Positions 32,120-39,553 of a stretch of DNA of 47,188 nucleotides are shown here, piece after piece. The stretch spans positions 383,315 through 430,502 of the forward strand of contig CAYFMS010000001.1 in assembly GCA_964344415.1 (NCBI GenBank). Reading direction: 5' to 3'. Each line of letters starts with the position of its first letter. Within the stretch, counting starts at the first letter, position 1. The notes beneath the pieces were generated by a model that was given only the letters and a program-made list of their open reading frames with translations, did not search any database and was not told where the DNA came from. The stretch is from an uncultured Gammaproteobacteria bacterium. GTDB taxonomy: Bacteria; Patescibacteriota; Patescibacteriia; UBA9934. Made by a program: the position numbers and the translations under genes.

Positions 32120-32872
32120 ATGAAGTACTCTGTATTATTGCTTGGACTATTTTTTCTGATCTTCCCGCTAAATGCTCAAGGGTCTAAAATATGTGATGCA
32201 GACGATTGGAAGGTGACTTCTTTACATGCGGATATTAATATTCATGATGACGGTCGAGTGACATTCGATGAACAGATTTCTCTTGAGGTATTTCATGATA
32301 ATTCTTGCTCGAGTTTTTATCGCTATATCCCGAAGCATTCTCTACGCAAATTAGAAGCTCGATGGGATGGAGAGGAAGTTGATGTACGCCTTCGAAGCGC
32401 TGATAAAGACCATCGAAGCATTTTGATCGAGGATTCAGAAAGGCTGTCTTATCCAGGTACATATGTGTATACGCTTTCGTATGAAATGAGTAATCTTGTT
32501 GCCATAGGGCAAGATGAAGATGTATTTGATTGGAATATTGTGCCAAGAGATTGGGATGTTTCCATCAGAAATACAAGTGCTTCCATTGATTTGCCCAATA
32601 ATGCTTCTATCCGAGAACGATCTTGTGCGACTGATTCTGATATTCGTGAATGCAAAACAAGTCTAACGGGGTCGGCATTAACCGTATTTGGTGATGATGA
32701 TTTATCTGTACACATTTCATTTGATCATGGCATTATTCGTCCACGATTGCTGAAGAGGCTGTTTTCCTTTTGGTGGATGGTGATATTATTGCCTGTGATT
32801 ACTCTGAGTATTGCATTTTGGAGAAAGAAAAAAATGTCTAAAAAGAGCTTAGAACAGATAAATTCGTTATAA
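32120..32872 (+). CDS. DUF2207-like membrane protein (N-terminal domain only)
   Basis: Signal peptide MKYSVLLLGLFFLIFPLNAQG. W.VTSLHADINIHDDGRVTFDEQISLEVF......FYRYIP resembles the DUF2207 N-domain. There is a C-terminal TM. Confidence 0.55.
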   Translation: MKYSVLLLGLFFLIFPLNAQGSKICDADDWKVTSLHADINIHDDGRVTFDEQISLEVFHDNSCSSFYRYIPKHSLRKLEARWDGEEVDVRLRSADKDHRSILIEDSERLSYPGTYVYTLSYEMSNLVAIGQDEDVFDWNIVPRDWDVSIRNTSASIDLPNNASIRERSCATDSDIRECKTSLTGSALTVFGDDDLSVHISFDHGIIRPRLLKRLFSFWWMVILLPVITLSIAFWRKKKMSKKSLEQINSL

Positions 32873-32873
32873 T
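32868..32873 (+). promoter_or_regulatory. -10 hexamer TATAAT 6 nt before the tgt ATG (leaderless-type arrangement)
   Basis: TATAAT-acaaat-ATG with no SD. Confidence 0.5.
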
Positions 32874-32879
32874 ACAAAT

Positions 32880-34010
32880 ATGTTTTCACTTCGCGGGAGA
32901 AATGGATTAGCTCGTCATGGTGTGCTTTCGACGAATCATGGTGATATTGAGACGCCGTTTTTTATGCCGATTGCTACGCGCGGGGCGGTAAAAACATTGT
33001 CATCAATTGACATGAAGTCACTTGGGGCGCAAATTCTTCTTTCAAATACCTATCATTTACTTCTCCGTCCCGGCATGGATGACATGCGTAAACTCGGTGG
33101 GCTTCATGAATTCATGAAATGGGATGGTCCAATATTGACGGATAGTGGAGGCTATCAGGTTTTCAGTTTGTCAAAAATGAATGATATTGATGATGATGGA
33201 GTTGCATTTCAGTCGCATATTGATGGTAAACGTATTCGTTTAACGCCGGAAGGGTCAATGGCAATGCAGTCGGCAATTGGCGCGGATATGATTATGCAAT
33301 TCGATGATGTAGCTCCGGCGGACTCGACGAAGCCTCGTTTTGAAGAAGCGATGGAGCGGTCTATCGCCTGGGCGAAGCGTTGTAAAGATTCTTATGATGA
33401 GTCACAGAAATTATTCGGTATTGTGCAGGGCGGAACGCATGAAGATTTGCGCGAGCGCAGCGCTCATGGATTAATGGAAATCGGTTTTGATGGATATGCA
33501 ATTGGTGGGTTGTCTGTTGGTGAGCCTAGGCCTGCGTCATTCCGTATCACAAAACAGATGACAGATATCCTTCCAGAAGATAAGCCTCGGTATTTTATGG
33601 GCGGGGGTATGCCGGAAGAAATTGTTTACTATGTTTCTATTGGCGTGGATATGTTTGATTGCGTTTTGCCATCGCGCAATGCGCGGCATGGGACTGTTTT
33701 TACGTGGAAAGGGGATCCAGCTGAATGTGTAAGAACAGCATTTGAGAGAGCGCAAAATGGTATGACGGATGTCATGATTGCGGACGCACTTTATCATCGA
33801 ATTCAAATTAATAGGGAGCCATTCACAACTGATAAAGATCCTCTGGATGCTTATGCTGATTTGCTTGAATCAAATATGTATTCTCGCGCATATGTGAGGC
33901 ATCTTTTTAAAACAAATGAGATTCTCGGCATGCGTCTTGCGACCATGCAAAATATTCGTTTTTACTTGCGACTGATGCAAGAGCTTCGGAATGTGATTGG
34001 AAAAAAATAA
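32880..34010 (+). CDS. tgt: tRNA-guanine transglycosylase (queuine tRNA-ribosyltransferase) lacking the CxCxxC zinc site
   Basis: TPFFMPIATRGAVK, LSNTYHL, LTDSGGYQVFSL, GIVQGG, GGLSVGE and VDMFDCVLPSRNARHG. The zinc motif region reads LDAYADLLESNMYSRAY. Confidence 0.93.
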   Translation: MFSLRGRNGLARHGVLSTNHGDIETPFFMPIATRGAVKTLSSIDMKSLGAQILLSNTYHLLLRPGMDDMRKLGGLHEFMKWDGPILTDSGGYQVFSLSKMNDIDDDGVAFQSHIDGKRIRLTPEGSMAMQSAIGADMIMQFDDVAPADSTKPRFEEAMERSIAWAKRCKDSYDESQKLFGIVQGGTHEDLRERSAHGLMEIGFDGYAIGGLSVGEPRPASFRITKQMTDILPEDKPRYFMGGGMPEEIVYYVSIGVDMFDCVLPSRNARHGTVFTWKGDPAECVRTAFERAQNGMTDVMIADALYHRIQINREPFTTDKDPLDAYADLLESNMYSRAYVRHLFKTNEILGMRLATMQNIRFYLRLMQELRNVIGKK

Positions 34011-34026
34011 TCGCCGGCGGGCGATT
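34001..34026 (-). terminator. Hairpin terminator serving the minus-strand mini-ORF (and abutting the tgt stop)
   Basis: Minus strand reads AATCGCC-cgcc-GGCGATT followed by ATTTTTTT. Confidence 0.6.
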
Positions 34027-34031
34027 CGAGT

Positions 34032-34148
34032 TTACAGAATGATGAACGTGATACACATAGCGAAAAGCGCGATCACGCAGAAGGCGATAAATACATCTTT
34101 GAAGGATGTATCGCTATTTCTGCGCGGACTCCGACGTCTACGAGCCAT
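34032..34148 (-). CDS. Unlisted 38-codon ORF: Arg-rich N terminus plus one TM helix (MARRRRSPRRNSDTSFKDVFIAFCVIALFAMCITFIIL)
   Basis: Below the ORF-track length cutoff. AAGGAGG lies 4 nt before the ATG, a terminator lies immediately downstream, and TTGACA-N14-TG-N-GAATGT lies upstream (34168-34196). Confidence 0.5.
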   Translation of the reverse strand: MARRRRSPRRNSDTSFKDVFIAFCVIALFAMCITFIIL

Positions 34149-34167
34149 GTTTCCTCCTTGTGAATGT

Positions 34168-34196
34168 ACATTCTCATGGTGCGCATGGAGTGTCAA
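34168..34196 (-). promoter_or_regulatory. Candidate extended -10 promoter of the mini-ORF
   Basis: Minus strand reads TTGACA-CTCCATGCGCACCA-TG-A-GAATGT. The geometry matches the five cassette promoters but the hexamer is weak. Confidence 0.35.
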
Positions 34197-34261
34197 TTAA
34201 GTACGCAGTAAGTAGTCGAGCATTCATGTGTGTGGCTCACAGGTGGCGGCAGATTGGGGCA

Positions 34262-34449
34262 TCGAAATCCTGAGCCTGTCGAAGGATCTTTCTAAATTGC
34301 GACTAGACTCTCTTCAATCTCATGAATCTCTTCTATCTCCTTTGCGTATCTCATTTCTCTAACCTTACTAACTTTTCTAACTTCCCTCATCCCCGCACCT
34401 ACAAGCTACCAGCTAAAACCTACCCCCTATATTCCATCTGCGCTATAAT
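34262..34449 (+). repeat. Mosaic of dispersed intergenic repeat modules ending in an outward-facing -10 element
   Basis: It contains TCGAAATCC, CCTGAGCCTGTCGAAGGATCTT (copy at 47064-47085), CAATCTCATGAATCTCTTCTATCTCCT and ACCTTACTAACTTTTCTAACTT (copies in reverse complement at 11474-11528), CCTACCCCCTA (reverse complement at about 19957-19967), and TCTGCGCTATAAT (copy at 25621-25633). Confidence 0.8.
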
Positions 34450-34455
34450 ACGAAC

Positions 34456-34806
34456 ATGCTGATCATAAAGCATTTTTTCATTGAATTATTTTGGGGGATG
34501 ATCCGCTACCCAATTTGGTGGTATTCAAAGGGACTTGTTCAGCGGGTAAAATCGAGTTTTGATGGGATTGAATATTATGCTCGCAGTCTCGCGATTAGTG
34601 TTTGGGTGAAGAACATTTTCGTCCCCATGTTTGGTCAGCGAGATTGGCAGAGTCGAATCATTTCCTTTTTTATACGCATAGCAAATATCATCATCCGAAG
34701 CCTCCTGCTCATTTTGTGGATGGTAATCATGATTGCTTTGATTCTTGTATATATTCTCATTCCACCGACTTTAATTATCTTGTTCCTCTTTTCTCTAAGT
34801 GGCTGA
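34456..34806 (+). CDS. Hypothetical small membrane protein
   Basis: 116 aa with 2-3 TM helices. TATAAT lies 6 nt before the ATG. Its stop lies 1 nt before the ATG of the Clp-like gene. Confidence 0.65.
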   Translation: MLIIKHFFIELFWGMIRYPIWWYSKGLVQRVKSSFDGIEYYARSLAISVWVKNIFVPMFGQRDWQSRIISFFIRIANIIIRSLLLILWMVIMIALILVYILIPPTLIILFLFSLSG

Positions 34807-34807
34807 T

Positions 34808-37432
34808 ATGAATGATTTGGAGGCACTCGAAAAGCATTTAGCAGGGTCCCAAAAGCCGGGAGTGCTGATCGGTGGTATATTTTGGTTCTTTAAATCGTCA
34901 ATCAGTCTGGGCGGAATTGAAGCGCGTCGAGCTAGGGCTGCGGCGAGGAAAATGATTCGCATATTCTCATTGATCTCCGCCACCATTCTTCTTTTGATTT
35001 TTATTGCTCTTTTTTACATCGACTTAAACTCGGTCAAGACTATTGGTGAATTATTTGCATTGCGGCCGACCCTTATCCCATTTTATCTATCCCTTTTTGT
35101 ATTTGGCTTTGCTTGGTTTTTGTCCAAGGAGAAGGCGATGCTCATACAGCGAATACCGCAGCGGGATGATGATGTGACGGTTGAGGTTTCGAATGCGAAT
35201 AGCGCGGAATCTCTCGAAAAAACGCGCGACATATCAAAAGTACTTTCCGATGAGTCGCAGGAGGCGATTGATCATGCATTTGAATATGCATATAAAGCCG
35301 GTCATAAAGATGTGCATGCGGTTCATCTCTTTCTTGGAACAATGCCTTCGATGTCGGTACGAATGCTCTTTATGCGGCTTGGTATTTCTTTTGAAAAAAT
35401 GAAGGATCCAATTCGGCGTCATATTTCTGATTTCAAAAAGGGCGAAACGGTATTCAGCGCCTCAGCTCAAAAAATAATTGCTCAGGCATTTGCAAATGCA
35501 GTGAATCGAGGGCAAAAAGAAATTCCCGCCATTGAAATATTCATCGAAAGTTACAAAGCGGATGATTTTTTGAAGGAGCTTTTCTATTCGCTTGGCGTGG
35601 AGGAAGATGAATTTATGAGCGTTGTTGATTGGATGCGTATAAATGAACAGCTGAAAGAACAGTATTTGCGCTATCGGGAAGCGGCTTCATTTAAACCGAC
35701 GGGGAGCATGAATCGGTCATATACGGCGATTGCCACGCCGCTGCTCGATCGATTGAGCGAGGATTATACGGCACTTGCCGTAAAAGGGGCATTGCCACTT
35801 CTGGTTGGTCGTGATCGCGAAATGAATGAATTGCTACGCGTGGTAGAGTCTGGAAAAAATGTACTTCTCGTGGGTCCTCCTGGTGTTGGGAAAGGAGCAA
35901 TGATAGCGGGGATTGCTGAACGCATGGTCGAGGAGCATGTTCCAGATTTGCTGCAAGATAAGCGATTGGTCAAAATATCGATTCCGCATATTATTTCGAG
36001 TAATAAAAGTGAAGAATTACTTTTGAATGTGCTGCAAGAGGTTGGGATGTCGGGGAATATTGTCTTAATTCTTGAAAATATTGAACAGCTCATTGCTAGC
36101 GATGCGGATCTTGCTTCTGTGCTCGTGCATGAACTGGAAAAACGTTATACATATGTTCTTGCGACAACGACACCACAAGGTGCGAAGCTGATTGAAAAAA
36201 GTTCGCTTCCGACCGTCTTTAGCTCTCTTATGGTCGAAGAACCGAATCGGAAAGACACGCTTCGTGTTCTGCAATCAAGTATTGGCGGCATCGAGAATAA
36301 GAATCGCGTTGTATTTACATTTGAGGGACTCGCTGCCATTGTTGATTTTGCAACGCGATATATGCATGATAGTTTTTTGCCAGCGAAAGCTTTGCAGCTT
36401 GCTGAAGAGGTGGGACTCGCGTCAAAGAGTGGCGATAAGAATTGGAAGCATATTTCAAAGGAAGATGTTGCGGGTATTGTGAGTCAAAAGGCGAATGTGC
36501 CTTTGACGGAATTATCGCAGGATGAAAAGACGACGCTTTTGAATTTAGAAGATCGTATGCATGAGAGGATTATTGGCCAGGAGCATGCGGTTGAGGCCGT
36601 AGCAGCAGCGCTTCGAAGGGCGAGGACGGAATTACGGTCACAGAATCGTCCTATTGCGAATTTCTTATTCCTCGGCCCAACCGGTGTTGGAAAGACAGAG
36701 CTCGCTAAAACAACGGCTGAGGTTTACTTTGGAAAAGAGGATGCCATGATTCGTTTCGATATGTCAGAATTTCAGGACAAGAATTCTATTGAGCGACTTA
36801 TTGGAGGTCCGAATCAAAATGGCCAATTGACGGATGCGGTGCGCAAGCAGCCCTTTGCCTTGCTGCTTCTTGATGAGCTCGAAAAGGCACATCCAGATAT
36901 CCTAAATCTCTTTTTGCAGGTGATGGATGATGGGCGTTTGACTGATGGGACGGGTCGCACCATTGATTTTACAAATATTATTTTGATCGCAACGAGCAAT
37001 GCTGGGACGCAGTATATTCAGGATGAAGTTTCAAAAGGCACAAATATTGATGCGATTAAGCAGAGTTTGGTAGAGCATCAACTCAAGGAAGTGTATAGGC
37101 CTGAATTCTTGAACCGATTCGATGGCGTGATGGTATTTAAGCCGCTCGCGATGGAGGATGTGGTGGCAATTGCCTATCTCATGATTCAAAAAGTCGTCGG
37201 AAGAATAGAGGAGAAGGGAATTCATTTCCGTGCAACTGATGAAGCGATTCATGAACTTGCTGAGAAGGGATATGACCCGAAATTTGGCGCGAGGCCACTT
37301 CGGCGTGTTATTCAGGAAACAGTTGATAATGCTATTGCAGATATTTTATTGAAAGGTGAGGCAAGTCGTCGTGACACACTTATTTTGCAAGCGGGGGGTG
37401 AGATTGTTGTTGAAAAGGCCAGCAAGCTTTAA
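34808..37432 (+). CDS. Membrane-anchored Clp/Hsp100-family AAA+ protein with degenerate first ATPase module
   Basis: Two N-terminal TM helices and two Clp_N repeats. NBD1 reads GPPGVGKGA / VLILENIE, where the canonical forms are GEPGVGKT / ILFIDE. NBD2 is canonical (GPTGVGKTELAK, LLLLDELEKAHPD). An alternative GTG start exists at 34799. Confidence 0.88.
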   Translation: MNDLEALEKHLAGSQKPGVLIGGIFWFFKSSISLGGIEARRARAAARKMIRIFSLISATILLLIFIALFYIDLNSVKTIGELFALRPTLIPFYLSLFVFGFAWFLSKEKAMLIQRIPQRDDDVTVEVSNANSAESLEKTRDISKVLSDESQEAIDHAFEYAYKAGHKDVHAVHLFLGTMPSMSVRMLFMRLGISFEKMKDPIRRHISDFKKGETVFSASAQKIIAQAFANAVNRGQKEIPAIEIFIESYKADDFLKELFYSLGVEEDEFMSVVDWMRINEQLKEQYLRYREAASFKPTGSMNRSYTAIATPLLDRLSEDYTALAVKGALPLLVGRDREMNELLRVVESGKNVLLVGPPGVGKGAMIAGIAERMVEEHVPDLLQDKRLVKISIPHIISSNKSEELLLNVLQEVGMSGNIVLILENIEQLIASDADLASVLVHELEKRYTYVLATTTPQGAKLIEKSSLPTVFSSLMVEEPNRKDTLRVLQSSIGGIENKNRVVFTFEGLAAIVDFATRYMHDSFLPAKALQLAEEVGLASKSGDKNWKHISKEDVAGIVSQKANVPLTELSQDEKTTLLNLEDRMHERIIGQEHAVEAVAAALRRARTELRSQNRPIANFLFLGPTGVGKTELAKTTAEVYFGKEDAMIRFDMSEFQDKNSIERLIGGPNQNGQLTDAVRKQPFALLLLDELEKAHPDILNLFLQVMDDGRLTDGTGRTIDFTNIILIATSNAGTQYIQDEVSKGTNIDAIKQSLVEHQLKEVYRPEFLNRFDGVMVFKPLAMEDVVAIAYLMIQKVVGRIEEKGIHFRATDEAIHELAEKGYDPKFGARPLRRVIQETVDNAIADILLKGEASRRDTLILQAGGEIVVEKASKL

Positions 37433-37468
37433 TCAAGGTTAAATCCTCCTTTGCTCTTCGAGCTACGG

Positions 37469-37509
37469 GCGGACATGCCTTGCTGTGGATAAGTTTAGCG
37501 TGATAAGCT
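37469..37509 (+). promoter_or_regulatory. DnaA-box-containing repeat plus TGn-extended -10 placed 7 nt before ATG
   Basis: GCGGACATGCCTTGCTGTGGATAAGTTTAGCG contains a perfect TGTGGATAA at 37484-37492. It is followed by TG-A-TAAGCT (37501-37509), ctgcatt, then ATG. Confidence 0.45.
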
Positions 37510-37516
37510 CTGCATT

Positions 37517-38545
37517 ATGGAGATCTGGTGGATGTACCCCATTTTAGGAAGTTTTCTGCTTTCGTTAACGCTTGTAAAGGGCATGCGTCGTTTTGCATAT
37601 CGCCATGGAATCGTTGATCGTCCTTTAAAACCAAGAAAGAAGCATAAGCATGCTATTCCTCTCGGGGGTGGTATTGGTATTTTTGCCGCATTTTTTGTGA
37701 TTACCGCTTTGGTCGAGCTATCAACGGGTCATTTTACAATGGGGGAAATTGGTTATGCTGAACTCGGTGCTTTACTGGCAGGTTCAAGTATTCTAATGAT
37801 ATTGGGATATCTCGACGATAAATATGATTTACCGCCTCGTGTAACAATTTGGGGTGCGATTTTGGCAGCTCTTATAGCGTCGATCGCTGGAATTGGTTTT
37901 CAAAAAGTTTCGAATCCATTTGGTGATATTTTTTATATTTCTGAAATGCTATCAAGTCTTTTTACATTTTTATGGCTCATGGGCATGATGTACACAACCA
38001 AATTGCTCGATGGCCTGGACGGTCTTGTATCGAGTATTGGATTTATTGCGAGTATTATTATTTCTGCTCTTGCGCTCAGCGCGGCATTTTATCAGCCGGA
38101 TGTCGCATTGATGGCGCTTATTGCAGCAGCAGCAATACTTGGTTTTTTCATTTGGAATGCCCCACCGGCGTCTATCTTTCTTGGCGATGGGGGCAGTTTA
38201 TTTGTTGGATATCTTATTGGAGTTTTGGCGATTATATCCGGAAGTAAAGTATTCACCGCGCTCCTTGTAATGGCTATTCCGGTTATTGATGTGGTATTTG
38301 TTATCGTTCAGAGATTGAGGCGTGGGAAGTCTCTTGTGAAGGGAGATCGACTACATTTGCATCATCGATTAAGCGATTATGGATGGAAAACATCATCTAT
38401 TCTCATCTTATACGCGTCTATTGCATTGCTCTTTGGCCTGTCCACTTTGATTTTAAGTGGCTTGCAGAAGTTGATCGCGCTGATTATTTTATTTACAATG
38501 ATGCTGATTGGAATTACTTTCTTAAATATCTATGAAAAAAATTAG
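37517..38545 (+). CDS. Glycosyltransferase family 4 polyprenyl-phosphate sugar-1-phosphate transferase (WecA/MraY superfamily)
   Basis: LGYLDDKYDLPPRV, TKLLDGLDGL and NAPPASIFLGDGGSLFVGYLIG. About 10 TM helices. Confidence 0.88.
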   Translation: MEIWWMYPILGSFLLSLTLVKGMRRFAYRHGIVDRPLKPRKKHKHAIPLGGGIGIFAAFFVITALVELSTGHFTMGEIGYAELGALLAGSSILMILGYLDDKYDLPPRVTIWGAILAALIASIAGIGFQKVSNPFGDIFYISEMLSSLFTFLWLMGMMYTTKLLDGLDGLVSSIGFIASIIISALALSAAFYQPDVALMALIAAAAILGFFIWNAPPASIFLGDGGSLFVGYLIGVLAIISGSKVFTALLVMAIPVIDVVFVIVQRLRRGKSLVKGDRLHLHHRLSDYGWKTSSILILYASIALLFGLSTLILSGLQKLIALIILFTMMLIGITFLNIYEKN

Positions 38546-38993
38546 CGTAATTATTGCCATTATTGTCATTGCTCTTGCATTGATTGTTTTTGTTTCTTCA
38601 AGAAGTCGATCCATGATGTCATTTGAATTACTTGGTCATGATGTCGATCTCATTCTCGTAAGGAGTCCGTTATTGCAGGCGCAGGGCTTGTCAGGCCAGT
38701 CACTCGAAGAGTTCACTGAGAAGGCGGATGGAATGCTTTTTGTCTTCTCTGACGAAAAAGAGCGAACATTTTGGATGAAAGGAATGGAGTTTAATCTCGA
38801 TATTGTATGGCTGCGAGATGGAAAGGTGATGAAGGTTGAAACGAGTGTACCCGCTCCGAAAGATGGAGAAGAGCCGAGGAAAATGCATTCAGCTCCATTT
38901 GAGGTGGATGCGGTGCTCGAATTGCCCGAAGGTGGCGTGTATAAATACGGAATTACGACGGGGCAGAGAATACAGAGTTTGGATATTGACTAA
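38532..38993 (+). CDS. DUF192 domain protein
   Basis: N-terminal TM. GLSG......ADGMLFVF.....TFWMKGMEFNLDIVWL..GKV is typical of DUF192/COG1430. Confidence 0.8.
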   Translation: MKKISVIIAIIVIALALIVFVSSRSRSMMSFELLGHDVDLILVRSPLLQAQGLSGQSLEEFTEKADGMLFVFSDEKERTFWMKGMEFNLDIVWLRDGKVMKVETSVPAPKDGEEPRKMHSAPFEVDAVLELPEGGVYKYGITTGQRIQSLDID

Positions 38994-39083
38994 AATGCAT
39001 TGTTTTGCTAATATCCTCGCATCATAATTAATCACGCATGCCGAGGTTAAAAGTCCGTAAGGCACCGAAGGCAGCGAAAAAAT

Positions 39084-39398
39084 ATGTTTGCAATTATTCA
39101 AACCGGCGGGAAGCAGTATCTCGTTAAAGAAGGTCAGGAAATCAAAGTTGAGAAACTTGACCTGGAAGATGGAAAGACAATTGAATTCGATGCTCTGCTT
39201 ATTGCGAGCGAGGATGGAAGCGATGTAAAGCTTGGTCGACCAACAGTTGATGGGTCGAAAGTAAAGGCTTCAGTCATTGAAACTGGTAAAGGGAAGAAAA
39301 TCTCAGTTATCAAATTCAAATCTAAGTCTCGATATCGACGAAATGTCGGACATCGTCAGCCTTTCACGAAAATCAAAATTGAAAGCATTTCAGCTTAA
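39084..39398 (+). CDS. rplU: 50S ribosomal protein L21
   Basis: MFAIIQTGGKQYLVKEGQEIKVEKL...KFKSKSRYRRNVGHRQPFTKIKI. Confidence 0.97.
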   Translation: MFAIIQTGGKQYLVKEGQEIKVEKLDLEDGKTIEFDALLIASEDGSDVKLGRPTVDGSKVKASVIETGKGKKISVIKFKSKSRYRRNVGHRQPFTKIKIESISA

Positions 39399-39412
39399 AT
39401 AGTAGAAATAGC

Positions 39413-39440
39413 AAAACGCCTCAAAATGGGGCGTTTTTGT
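39413..39440 (+). terminator. Intrinsic terminator after rplU
   Basis: AAACGCC-tcaaaatgg-GGCGTTT followed by TTGTTATTT. Confidence 0.75.
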
Positions 39441-39455
39441 TATTTCTACGACAAT

Positions 39456-39493
39456 TTATCCACATTTAACGTCCGACATTGTCTGTGGATAAG
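39456..39493. promoter_or_regulatory. Two perfect, inverted DnaA-box 9-mers and a copy of the GTCCGACATTGTCTGTGGATAAG repeat
   Basis: TTATCCACA (39456-39464) and TGTGGATAA (39484-39492). Positions 39471-39492 are identical to 27327-27348 except for the last base. Confidence 0.5.
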
Positions 39494-39553
39494 TATGTTT
39501 CGTTTTGTACTTTTGTTCACGGCAATCATACGGTTCTGGTACAATTCGTTCAT

